Assembly: GCA_046757525.1 (NCBI GenBank)
Contig: JBHHYI010000009.1
Location: 1-49,943 of the forward strand
Direction of reading: 5' to 3'
Origin: a bacterium
GTDB taxonomy: Bacteria; Zhuqueibacterota; Zhuqueibacteria; Oceanimicrobiales; Oceanimicrobiaceae
Length of the DNA: 49,943 nucleotides
Each line of letters opens with the position of its first letter. The stretch's first letter is position 1. Shown here piece after piece: positions 19,217 through 28,465 of this stretch. The translations under genes were made by a program, and so were the position numbers. Under the pieces are notes generated by a model. It saw only the letters and a program-made list of their open reading frames with translations. It did no database searches and was not told where the DNA came from.

Positions 19217-19774
19217 ATGTACTTTGTTTACCACATTTACAGAATCTTAAGGTACCGCTTGCCCCTGGTCTTGATCGGACTTAAACTCCGAGCGCAGGTG
19301 TTCCTGGCCAAGGAATGCGATTATCGCGTGTTTTGCTTATCTACCTGGGAATTGCTCCGATTATATTTTGAGCGGACTGTCCCGGAGAAGTCTATTGCTA
19401 AGTTGGCAACACAGTTGTTAGGTGAGGAGAAGAATGTAAACAAGATCATTACCAGCACATTCGATTACTTGAGTAGCGCCAAAGCACCAAGCAGCGTGCT
19501 GCGCTGGCTGCTGCCTTGCCAGGCAGCCTACTTGCCTTTCCTGGACTGCAAAGGCTTCGCGGTGCTATTCAAGGCTATTTTGATGACGCGAAATATTCCT
19601 TCAGAGATCTGGATCGGGCATAATCAGTACCATGAGCAACCAAAGGCGCATGCCTGGTTGCTGGTCAAAAGTAACGATAAACAGTTGGTGTGTGACCAGA
19701 ATTTAAACGGGCCGATTGCGGCCGACGAATTTACAAGACGAACAACCTGGAAATTTGGCTTAAGGGTTGTTTAA
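19217..19774 (+). CDS. transglutaminase-like cysteine peptidase resembling lasso peptide B2 protein
   Basis: DC..FA.....L....IP..IWIG.........AHAWL...D gives a Cys-His-Asp triad layout of Transglut_core3 type. Confidence 0.6.
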   Translation: MYFVYHIYRILRYRLPLVLIGLKLRAQVFLAKECDYRVFCLSTWELLRLYFERTVPEKSIAKLATQLLGEEKNVNKIITSTFDYLSSAKAPSSVLRWLLPCQAAYLPFLDCKGFAVLFKAILMTRNIPSEIWIGHNQYHEQPKAHAWLLVKSNDKQLVCDQNLNGPIAADEFTRRTTWKFGLRVV

Positions 19775-19806
19775 AGCAGTCAACTTATTTTGGTGAGGAA
19801 AGTTGT

Positions 19807-20196
19807 ATGGCATCAGGCAAAAAAATTATGGTTGTGGATGATGAACCCAACATTCGAGATTTATTGTACAAGTTTTTTTCTCGTGAAGGCTATCAGTGCT
19901 TTGTAGCTAAAGATGCCGAAGAAGCCACGGCAATTCTCAAAAGCAAAAAGCCTGACATCGTTTTTTTGGACATCAAATTGCCCGGAATCGGCGGAGTTGA
20001 CATTCTCAAAATGACCAAGCAATACGACCAGGATGTTTCCGTTGTAATGATTTCCGGGCACGCCGACGAAAATACGGCCAAGGAAACGTTGCAACTCGGC
20101 GCCTTTGAGTACATCTGCAAGCCCATAGACCTGGAGAGAATAAGAGAGATTTTGGCACAAATAGAAATTGCGAAATTCGCGAACAATGCTTTGTAG
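19807..20196 (+). CDS. single-domain response regulator (CheY-like)
   Basis: IMVVDDE, FLDIKLP, ISGH, YICKP. Confidence 0.92.
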   Translation: MASGKKIMVVDDEPNIRDLLYKFFSREGYQCFVAKDAEEATAILKSKKPDIVFLDIKLPGIGGVDILKMTKQYDQDVSVVMISGHADENTAKETLQLGAFEYICKPIDLERIREILAQIEIAKFANNAL

Positions 20197-20209
20197 ACAA
20201 AGATCTCTT

Positions 20210-21193
20210 GTGGCAAGATGGCTCTTCGCTGCTATCCTGGTCTGGGTTTTTGGCAGGCTTCCTGGTCTGGGATTAGCGCAGGATGGCCAGATTGCCAAAA
20301 TAGAAGGTACCGGAACCGGTGCAGAGACTTTAACAACGACTTCTGCTACCCTTGACGATTACCAATTAGGGATTGGTGATGTGTTGGCCATTACCGTGCA
20401 GTCAAATTCAAGCTATTCGAACAAATACCGCTCCGAAATTACCACGGGGGTTAACGGCGACGGCAATATTTTCATCGATCTCATAGGTGATTTTCCTGCG
20501 GCCGGGTTGTCGGTGGGCCAGCTAAAAACGGCCTTGACGGACACGCTTAAAACTTACATAAGGAAGCTCCAGGTTTCCGTGGATGTAAAGGAGTTTAAGA
20601 GTCAAAAAGTGACGGTGTTCGGTGAGGCTAAGAATGGCATCTATCCATTGAAAAAGGCTACGCCCATAGCGCAATTCATGTCTTCAATAGGCGGTTTTTC
20701 GGACCGGGCCGATCTCTCTGAGCTGCAGGTCGTTCGTTCCGATGGAACGCTGCTTCAAGTCGATCTCAACAGGCTAATATATGAGAAAGACCTGAGCCAG
20801 AACATTTTATTAAGGGGCGGTGATCTGATTATCATCCCGGCCGTCGGGAAAAACAAGGTGCTGGTATTGGGGGCAGTCAGGGCTCCCGGCCCTGTTTATA
20901 TTAAGAACAAACTGACAGTCATGGAAGCCTTTGCCCAGGTTGGCGGAGGGGCTACCACCGCCAATTTACACGGTGTGAAGGTGATCCGTTACCTAAAGAG
21001 CGGCCCACAAGTCTTTTCTGTGGATTTAGAAAAAGCAGTCAAAAAGAAGGACGTGAAGTCCAACATTTTGCTCAAGGATGGCGACATCATTTTTGTACCC
21101 CAAAAGGGTGATGCGCTCAACAGCGTCAACAAACTCTTGGCAATGATTATCCCATCCCTGCAGACCGTTTTGCTGATTAAAGCACTGAATTGA
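20210..21193 (+). CDS. wza: polysaccharide export protein (Wza-like, Poly_export plus SLBB repeats)
   Basis: DYQLGIGDVLAITV, V..DG.I....IG...AAG, two SLBB repeats (NILLRGGDLIIIP, NILLKDGDIIFVP). Start uncertain (20168, 20186 or 20210). Confidence 0.85.
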   Translation: MARWLFAAILVWVFGRLPGLGLAQDGQIAKIEGTGTGAETLTTTSATLDDYQLGIGDVLAITVQSNSSYSNKYRSEITTGVNGDGNIFIDLIGDFPAAGLSVGQLKTALTDTLKTYIRKLQVSVDVKEFKSQKVTVFGEAKNGIYPLKKATPIAQFMSSIGGFSDRADLSELQVVRSDGTLLQVDLNRLIYEKDLSQNILLRGGDLIIIPAVGKNKVLVLGAVRAPGPVYIKNKLTVMEAFAQVGGGATTANLHGVKVIRYLKSGPQVFSVDLEKAVKKKDVKSNILLKDGDIIFVPQKGDALNSVNKLLAMIIPSLQTVLLIKALN

Positions 21194-21197
21194 TCGG

Positions 21198-24100
21198 ATG
21201 GCTCAATATGAAGTAAATCTCAGAGACTATGTTCGAATATTACGCAAGCGTAAAAGTATAGTCTTGTTCTCGACCACCGCCATCGGGCTGTTGAGCTTTG
21301 TCTTTGCCTACCTCCAGCGACCTGCCCCTACTTACAAATCCGTTGCCAGTGTCAAGATTGAGCAAAGCGGAACGATGAGCGGCCTTTATATTGAGACCGT
21401 CACCTGGAACGCAGAAGACTATTTGGCAACCCAGGCTGAAATCATCAAGAGTTTCCCGATTATGGAGAAGGTTGCCAAGAAGCTTAATTACATTGACTCG
21501 ACCCTGAGCACGGAGGCTATTCGAAAATCACCCAAGTATGTCAATCTGATCCTGGGTTTGCAGTCTCGAGTCACCGCGGCCCAGGAGGGTGAAACCAACA
21601 TAATCGACATTTCCGTCATAACCGATGGTCCCGACAAGTCAAAGCAACTGGCCAACGCCGTGGCGGAGGTGTACATCGCTGAAAATACTATTGAGCGCAA
21701 CAAAAGAGCCATCAATGCTTTGACTTTCATACAAAACCAATTGAAATTGGTGGGCGAACGTCTCGAAGAGGCGGAGGAGTCGGTGAGAAAGTTCCGGGAA
21801 GATACGGATCTGATAACCCTGGAATATGAAGCTGAGTCTGTGTTAGACGGGTTAAAGGAAGCTGAAGCAAAACTGCACCAACTTAAGCGCGAGCACGAGG
21901 ATCTGCGCATGCTTCTGCAACAGGCCAGAAATGATCAGGCCCTTCCGGAAGTGGTATTGGCTAATTTTACCCTGGCTGATGAATACAGTTCGTTGGCCAG
22001 TCTGCGGCAAAAACTGACAGAGCTAAGATTACAGAAGGACGACCTCCTGGATGTCTTCACTGAGAAGCATCCGGCCGTGCAAGAGATCGATGTAAAAATT
22101 GAAAAAATAAAAAGAGGCATCATCGGTGAGCTGAAATCTCTGGAAGAAAGCTATATTCACAAAGAGCAATTGCAACAACATGAAGTTGAGCAATTGCGCA
22201 AAAAATACCGTGCCCTGCCCAAGAGCGGTCTTCAACTGAAAAGGCTGCAACGTCGGGTTACCATTAACGATGAAGTCTATTCGTTTCTATCCTCGAAACG
22301 TCAGGAGGCCCTGATTCAAAACGCTGAAAAGATTGAAGAAGCCACGCTGGTGCGTCCTGCGCTGGAAGGCGCTCTCATGAATCCACCGACCTCAGCAAAA
22401 GCGGTTGCTTTCGTCGGCGTATTCATCGGCGGCATGTTAGGCCTGGTCTTCGCATTTATTTACGAAACCCTGGACACTTCCATCGGAACCATCGAAGATG
22501 TGGAAAAGTATCTGGAGCTTTCAGTGGTTGGGGTCATTCCGTTTATCGACACCGAAGAGATCATTGCCAAAATGCAGCAGGAGCACTCCCTGGGTCAAGT
22601 GCGGGATCGTGACATAGAATTCAATGCTCATCTGATTTCTCATTTTGCGCCTAAGTCTTCTGTGGCGGAAAGTTATCGAGCCTTGAGGACTTACCTGCAA
22701 TACATTCTCAGCGAAAAGAATGTGAAGAGTTTTACCATAACGAGTTCGTCGCCCAGTGAGGGCAAGAGCACCACCGCGGTAAACCTTGCGTTGACCTTCG
22801 CCCAAATCGGCAAGAAAACCGTGTTGGTAGACGCCGATTTGAGAAAACCCAAGATCGCCACAGTTTTTGGCCTGGACAAGGAACCGGGATTGTCCAACAT
22901 AATCCTGGGCACCTCCAAATGGCGAGACACCATTAAATCGGTCACCGACATCATGATGGGACGCATGGGTTTGAAGAACATCATCATGACCCCGGGAATC
23001 GACAATTTGTACATCATCACTGCCGGTCGTATTCCCTTGAATCCCTCGGAACTGTTGAATTCCTCGAGCATGACTGATTTGATTGCGGAGTTGGAAAACG
23101 AATACGATGTGGTGATCCTGGATACCACACCGGTTCTGCCAGCTTCGGATGCAGCGGTTTTGGCGCGCAAGACTCAGGGAGTCCTGTTGGTCTACAAAGT
23201 TGGTAAGGTGGCCAGAGGTGCTCTCAAACGTGCCAAGACTCAGATTGAAAACGTCAAGGCGAATGTGCTTGGCATAGTTTTGAACAGTCTTAGAGCTGAG
23301 ATAAGTTCCGATTATCACGATTTTCGCTATGGAGACTATTATGCGTACGGGGACAGTCATGGTTCTGAACAGATTAACCAGGATCGATCTTTCGGTGGCT
23401 TCTTTGACAAAATCACCCAGGCATTTAATTTTGGCTCCGCAAGTAACCTCAAGGAAACCATGAGAAAAAAGCTTAACAAGTTGAATTTTAAACCCATTCT
23501 AAGGATTTATAAGTTTGCGAACAAGTTGCACTTTTGGTTGTGGTTCATCTCGGTCGTGGCGCTCGGGTCGGCTGGAGTCGTGTCAATTCTTTGGACATCT
23601 CATGCTCCGTTCTTGAAAAAACAGAAACGAGATATTGGTACAGGTTCTGAGGACATTTCGGTGCCCCCACCTGCTCAACCCATCGTCGTGGCCAACGCCG
23701 AATTGGACAAGTCAGGCCATCGGCTTGTTGGACTCGAACAAGATTTATTGAGGCATGAGGAGGGTGTTGTGACTTACAGTCCCTATGTTCTCCGGCTGAA
23801 TCAATTTGAAAGCGAGAAGGAAGCGCGGACAGCATTGCAACACACAAAAGAAAAAGGATTCCTGAGTTTCATGGATCTGGAATATGCAGCCCCCGGGCGA
23901 TTCCTCTACAACGTATATGCTGCTGGCTTTGCCTCCTACATGGAGGCCCAAGCAGCAGGTCAAATCCTCGAGGACGCACACTCTGAAGCAGAGGTGCGCA
24001 TTCAGAAGCGGCCGTTTGTGATCTCTATCCGTTCTCAGAGTGCAGGGCCGAAGTCTCAGGAGATATTTTCGGCGCTGGTGGCGAAAGGCTATTTCCCTTA

Positions 24101-24278
24101 CCTGATCCGTACCAGCCATGCAGCCTGGCCCCAGCATCTAACCGTGGTGGCAATCGGCGCTTATGCAGACAAAGCGGAGGCGAAAACAGTACAAAACCTG
24201 TTGCTATTGGATGGCTTTCAAAGCGAGATCGTAGTTTTGGCACGGAATGTTCTGCCTGGTGCTGTGGTGCAAAACTGA
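21198..24278 (+). CDS. wzc: polysaccharide co-polymerase / BY-kinase (Wzc) with extra TM and C-terminal SPOR-like domains
   Basis: Wzz-type N-terminus, coiled coils, TEKHP, TM2, Walker A SPSEGKST, A' DADLRKP, B ILDTTP, Tyr cluster DYHDFRYGDYYAY, then about 310 extra residues. Confidence 0.88.
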   Translation: MAQYEVNLRDYVRILRKRKSIVLFSTTAIGLLSFVFAYLQRPAPTYKSVASVKIEQSGTMSGLYIETVTWNAEDYLATQAEIIKSFPIMEKVAKKLNYIDSTLSTEAIRKSPKYVNLILGLQSRVTAAQEGETNIIDISVITDGPDKSKQLANAVAEVYIAENTIERNKRAINALTFIQNQLKLVGERLEEAEESVRKFREDTDLITLEYEAESVLDGLKEAEAKLHQLKREHEDLRMLLQQARNDQALPEVVLANFTLADEYSSLASLRQKLTELRLQKDDLLDVFTEKHPAVQEIDVKIEKIKRGIIGELKSLEESYIHKEQLQQHEVEQLRKKYRALPKSGLQLKRLQRRVTINDEVYSFLSSKRQEALIQNAEKIEEATLVRPALEGALMNPPTSAKAVAFVGVFIGGMLGLVFAFIYETLDTSIGTIEDVEKYLELSVVGVIPFIDTEEIIAKMQQEHSLGQVRDRDIEFNAHLISHFAPKSSVAESYRALRTYLQYILSEKNVKSFTITSSSPSEGKSTTAVNLALTFAQIGKKTVLVDADLRKPKIATVFGLDKEPGLSNIILGTSKWRDTIKSVTDIMMGRMGLKNIIMTPGIDNLYIITAGRIPLNPSELLNSSSMTDLIAELENEYDVVILDTTPVLPASDAAVLARKTQGVLLVYKVGKVARGALKRAKTQIENVKANVLGIVLNSLRAEISSDYHDFRYGDYYAYGDSHGSEQINQDRSFGGFFDKITQAFNFGSASNLKETMRKKLNKLNFKPILRIYKFANKLHFWLWFISVVALGSAGVVSILWTSHAPFLKKQKRDIGTGSEDISVPPPAQPIVVANAELDKSGHRLVGLEQDLLRHEEGVVTYSPYVLRLNQFESEKEARTALQHTKEKGFLSFMDLEYAAPGRFLYNVYAAGFASYMEAQAAGQILEDAHSEAEVRIQKRPFVISIRSQSAGPKSQEIFSALVAKGYFPYLIRTSHAAWPQHLTVVAIGAYADKAEAKTVQNLLLLDGFQSEIVVLARNVLPGAVVQN

Positions 24279-24291
24279 CGTAAATACGCAG

Positions 24292-24495
24292 ATGTCATTT
24301 GCTAACAAGATGCATAGAATTTGGAAATTCAAGAAGTTAAAGCGACGCAAGAAGAGGCTTCTGGTCCTGTTGACCATTTGTTTGATTTTTGCGATCCTGA
24401 GCCTTTATGTCGCCAATTTCTTTGGTGCTTTCTCGCGCTACAGCGGCGATTACTACGATCCCAAGGATTTTGAGCGTGCCAGCACAAATCAGTAA
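24292..24495 (+). CDS. small single-TM membrane protein
   Basis: Polybasic KKLKRRKKR, TM LLVLLTICLIFAILSLYVA, C-terminal GDYYDPKDFER; fills the wzc-wzy gap. Confidence 0.55.
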   Translation: MSFANKMHRIWKFKKLKRRKKRLLVLLTICLIFAILSLYVANFFGAFSRYSGDYYDPKDFERASTNQ

Positions 24496-24530
24496 ACACC
24501 TGTGAAATTTGCACCATATCGACAAAGACG

Positions 24531-25889
24531 ATGTACTTGGTCCAAAGCAAAGCGCTCCTAAACGCCCTGTTCTTGCTACTGGCAGTGTTTACTGCTGTCT
24601 TGATTTCTAACCTGGGTCCCACCATTTCTCTGGCGATAACTCTGACCGGGGTCATTTTTGTCATTTCATTCGCCAGCACTGAAATGGCCCTGTACTTGTT
24701 GATTTTTTCCATGCTTTTGTCTCCTGAGTTTGGTTCCCGGGGTACAACTGGTGGTGGCGCTACCATCCGGGTCGACGACTTTTTATTGATTATTATTGGC
24801 TTTAGTTGGCTGATAAGAATGGCGATATATAAGGAATTGGGATTGTTCTTAGAGACCAAACTCAATCGCCCCATCCTGTATTTCGTAGTGGTGTGTTTTT
24901 TTGCAACGGCTATCGGCATGATTAGCGGCCGGGTGGCCATTGTCACTGGCTTTCTCTTCGTCATTAAATATATTGAATACTTCGTGATTTATTTTATGGT
25001 GACCTTTTACGTAAAGGAGAGGAAGCAAGTCAGAAACTTCTTGCTGGCGATGTTCCTTACCTGCATTGTGGTCTGCCTGGTCGCCATGTGGCAGATTCCC
25101 ATGGGGGAACGGGTAACGGCTCCTTTTGAAGGAAAGGGCGGCGAACCTAATACTCTGGGAGGGTACCTGGTTTTCATTTTGGCCTTAACCCTTGGATTGC
25201 TTTTGCAGTTGCCGGACAACCGGCGGCGACTCTGGTTAGGTGGATTTTGCGTGGTCATCTTTGTTCCATTGTTGTTCACGCTGTCCCGCAGCTCATGGGT
25301 GGCCTTAATACCCATGTATCTCATCTTTATCATTGCGACGCACCACCGCTTGGCCTTGTTGATGGTATTGGTCGTGGGGGTTCTGGCAGCGCCTTTCCTG
25401 ATGCCAAAGAGCATCAAAGAACGGATCGAGTATACGTTTCAGAACAAGAAAGTTGTTGAATGGCAGGAAAAAATAGGCGATGTGACGTTGGATACCTCTT
25501 CTTCGGCCAGAATCCACGATTGGCGGGAGGCCTTGAGGGCTTTTCTGAAGCATCCAATTTTTGGGTACGGCATCACAGGCTGGCAGTTTGTCGACAATCA
25601 ATACATTAGAACCCTGGTCGAATTGGGCCTCCTGGGACTTTGTGCTTTTCTGGGGCTGCTGTACGTCATTTTGAAAGAAGTCTGGCACATCTACAAGAAT
25701 GTGAGAACACCTTTTGCCAGAGGGCTTACCTTAGGCCTGTTTGCTGGAACCATTGCCTTGATGACGCACTCGTTTGGCACCAACACGTTCATTATTGTCC
25801 GCATTATGGAGCCGTACTGGTTTGTGATGGGAATGGTTCTGGTCCTGCCCCTGGTAGAATTCAACAGAAACGGCGCACAATCGGCGTGA
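24531..25889 (+). CDS. O-antigen ligase / Wzy polymerase family protein
   Basis: Many TM helices, EPNTLGGYL, TLSRSSW, HPIFGYG, DNQYIRTLVELGLLG. Confidence 0.88.
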   Translation: MYLVQSKALLNALFLLLAVFTAVLISNLGPTISLAITLTGVIFVISFASTEMALYLLIFSMLLSPEFGSRGTTGGGATIRVDDFLLIIIGFSWLIRMAIYKELGLFLETKLNRPILYFVVVCFFATAIGMISGRVAIVTGFLFVIKYIEYFVIYFMVTFYVKERKQVRNFLLAMFLTCIVVCLVAMWQIPMGERVTAPFEGKGGEPNTLGGYLVFILALTLGLLLQLPDNRRRLWLGGFCVVIFVPLLFTLSRSSWVALIPMYLIFIIATHHRLALLMVLVVGVLAAPFLMPKSIKERIEYTFQNKKVVEWQEKIGDVTLDTSSSARIHDWREALRAFLKHPIFGYGITGWQFVDNQYIRTLVELGLLGLCAFLGLLYVILKEVWHIYKNVRTPFARGLTLGLFAGTIALMTHSFGTNTFIIVRIMEPYWFVMGMVLVLPLVEFNRNGAQSA

Positions 25890-25897
25890 GGGGTCCA

Positions 25898-27148
25898 GTG
25901 CAAAACACTACAAAACAAAGTCGACCTGTGCGACAAGAGAGGCTGGTTTTCGGCAGCCCCAAAATTGAAGAAGCGGAAATCGCTGAAGTGGTAGACTGTC
26001 TGAGGTCAGGTTGGCTTTCTACCGGACCCAGGGTGAGCCGCTTTGAGGAAATGTTCCGTCAATACATTGGTTCCAGCACGGCCGTTGCTCTGAATTCTTG
26101 CAGTGCGGGTTTGCACTTGTCTCTCCTGGCTGCTGGCATTGGGCCGGGTGACGAGGTGCTTACCTCACCGATGACCTTTGCGGCTACGGCTAACAGCATT
26201 GTACACGTGGGTGCCAGGCCAGTCTTCGTAGATGTGGACTTGCCTTCCATGACCCTGGATCCGAACCAGCTCGAGGCAAAGATTACCCCGCAGACCAAAG
26301 CGATTGTACCGGTTCACATGGCTGGCCGACCGTGTGCCATGGATGCAATCATGGAGATCGCAAACAAACATGGTCTGTGGGTGATTGAAGATGCTGCCCA
26401 CGCTTTGGAAAGCGTCTACAAAGGGAAAAAAATCGGCACCATCGGCGACTCCACCGCTTTTAGCTTCTACGTCACCAAAAACCTGGTGACCGGCGAGGGC
26501 GGCATGGTCACCACCAGGCATGACGATTGGGCAGAAACGATTCAGGTGCTGTCGCTGCACGGCCTCAGCAGAGGGGCCTGGCAGAGATTCACCAACCAGT
26601 CAAAAAGGCACTACGAGGTCATTTCGCCGGGCTTTAAGTACAACATGATGGACTTGCAGGCAGCCCTCGGGATTCATCAGTTAAAGCGAGTCGAAGAGTA
26701 CTGGAAAGCTCGCAGAAAAATATGGCAAGCGTATGACCAGGCCTTCGCCGATCTGCCGGTCGTGACGCCGGCGCCGGTCAGCGCCGATTGTAAGCATGCG
26801 CATCATTTGTACACCCTGTTGCTGGATTTGAACAAAGTTACTGTCACTCGCGACGCCTTTAGACAGTTGCTTGATGAAGAGGGGATAGGCACTGGAATCC
26901 ATTTTACGGCCTTGCATCTGCACCCTTACTACAAAGAAACCTTTGGCTACCAGCGCGGCGATTTCCCCAATGCAGAGTACCTCTCGGATCGCACCCTGTC
27001 GCTGCCCCTGTCAGCCAAGTTGACGGAACAAGATGTGGACGATGTGATCGCGGCCGTTTGCAAAACTCTGAGAAGATGCTCTAAGCGTATGGCGGCTGGC
27101 GTCTTTGCCGGGTTGGAAAACACGCCAGCCTTTTCTAAGGAAGGTTAG
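25898..27148 (+). CDS. DegT/DnrJ/EryC1/StrS sugar aminotransferase
   Basis: SGWLSTGP, NSCSAGLHL, IEDAAHA, FSFYVTKN (PLP Lys), GEGG, GFKYNM. The real start is probably GTG 25886 or 25898, not 25640. Confidence 0.95.
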   Translation: MQNTTKQSRPVRQERLVFGSPKIEEAEIAEVVDCLRSGWLSTGPRVSRFEEMFRQYIGSSTAVALNSCSAGLHLSLLAAGIGPGDEVLTSPMTFAATANSIVHVGARPVFVDVDLPSMTLDPNQLEAKITPQTKAIVPVHMAGRPCAMDAIMEIANKHGLWVIEDAAHALESVYKGKKIGTIGDSTAFSFYVTKNLVTGEGGMVTTRHDDWAETIQVLSLHGLSRGAWQRFTNQSKRHYEVISPGFKYNMMDLQAALGIHQLKRVEEYWKARRKIWQAYDQAFADLPVVTPAPVSADCKHAHHLYTLLLDLNKVTVTRDAFRQLLDEEGIGTGIHFTALHLHPYYKETFGYQRGDFPNAEYLSDRTLSLPLSAKLTEQDVDDVIAAVCKTLRRCSKRMAAGVFAGLENTPAFSKEG

Positions 27149-27186
27149 GGTCTTTTTAAGCCAATTGAAAGCTGACTTCCTGCAAG

Positions 27187-27649
27187 AGGGATGCTGGCAG
27201 TACGTAACTCGACATTTATGTCGAGAAATTAGCCTTGAGCCCTGCGACATGAATGTCGCGATACGAACTCTGCACGGGCTTTTTGGACAGCTCCATGGGC
27301 TGTGCAAAAATATCCAGCGGCGGCCTGATGGCGTCAACTTAAGGGGCGTCTAACCACTCTATTGTCACCCCGAGCGGAGTCCGGCAGTTGCCGGACGTAG
27401 TCGAGGGGTCTGATTTAGGCACAAACCAGATTTCTCCCCGGCGGCTGCCGGGTCGAAATGACAGTTTGGGCGCTTAAGTTGACGTCAATGGGCGGCGGCC
27501 GGCCGGCTCCCCCGGCGCTTATTTTTGCACTACAACTTAAGGAGCGTTTCTTAAAAGCCCCCACAATCCTGATGCAGCGGGATTGCTTTAAATGTCGGAA
27601 ACGCCCCCACAATCGCGACGATTGCGTTACGTACAACAGAGCGTTTCCT
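27187..27649. repeat. composite repeat cluster 2 (REP-like doublet, nested inverted-repeat element, module B)
   Basis: 27187-27291 matches 44286-44390 (5 mismatches in 105 nt). Nested IRs at 27302-27312/27520-27530 and 27332-27343/27473-27484. Inverted module B at 27610-27649. Confidence 0.9.
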
Positions 27650-27682
27650 AAAAGAGGAAACTGATTAGTTTTTGTTGACGAT

Positions 27683-28465
27683 ATGTTGAACGACCTGAGG
27701 AAATTGTGGAAGTACCGTGAACTCCTAATTAGCCTGACTCTGCGTGAAGTTAAAGTTCGCTACAAACAGGTTTATCTGGGATTTGGTTGGGCAGTTTTGC
27801 AGCCACTGGTTCTAATGGTGGTCTTCACCGTGGTTTTCACGAAATTTGCCCACATCGCGACCGGGGACATCCCGTACCCGCTGTTTGCTTATTCAGCCTT
27901 GTTGCCCTGGTCGTTTTTTGCAGCTTCGATCTCCTTCGCAATTCCCAGTCTGATCTCGAACACGAACCTGGTGACCAAGACCTATTTCCCCCGCGAAATC
28001 ATACCGTTCGCAACCATTGCGGCGTCTCTGGTGGACTTCTTGATCGCCTCCACTATCTTTGTTCTGATGATGGTTGTTTACCAGTTGCCGCTCTCCAGGC
28101 TTTTCTTGCTCATTCCTGGTGTGATGCTGGTGCAAATCCTGTTTGCTGCGGGACTCTCCCTGGCCGGAGCAGCGATCAACGTATTCTATCGCGACGTGCG
28201 CTACATCGTGCCCATCGGCTTGCAAGTGTGGATGTTCCTTTCCCCGGTTATCTATCCACTGACAGCCGTCCCGGACCACCTGAGGTGGGTTTATTCGCTC
28301 AATCCCATGGTCGGCATCATCGAGTCGTTTCGCACGATCTTGCTCTACAGACAACTCCCAGATGTGAAGATCCTCGCGCCTGCCGTGGTTGTCTCTGTAC
28401 TCCTGTTCGCCTGCGCTTACTGCTTCTTCAAGAAACAAGAGATGAAATTCGCGGATGTGATCTGA
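27683..28465 (+). CDS. wzm: ABC-2 polysaccharide exporter permease
   Basis: LWKYRELL....REVKVRYKQ..LG..W..LQP, FPRE, YRDV, SPVIYP, LNPM. Confidence 0.93.
   Translation: MLNDLRKLWKYRELLISLTLREVKVRYKQVYLGFGWAVLQPLVLMVVFTVVFTKFAHIATGDIPYPLFAYSALLPWSFFAASISFAIPSLISNTNLVTKTYFPREIIPFATIAASLVDFLIASTIFVLMMVVYQLPLSRLFLLIPGVMLVQILFAAGLSLAGAAINVFYRDVRYIVPIGLQVWMFLSPVIYPLTAVPDHLRWVYSLNPMVGIIESFRTILLYRQLPDVKILAPAVVVSVLLFACAYCFFKKQEMKFADVI

Noticed and set aside
17072..19774. Bona fide lasso peptide gene cluster
   Set aside because: No cyclase, no PqqD/RRE and no precursor with lasso leader features in the window
25640..25897. Long N-terminal extensions in the ORF track (also 27787-28464, 37208-37312, 40423-40509)
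   Set aside because: They precede the conserved domain starts and mostly overlap upstream genes; downstream starts fit translational coupling or the family N-terminus better
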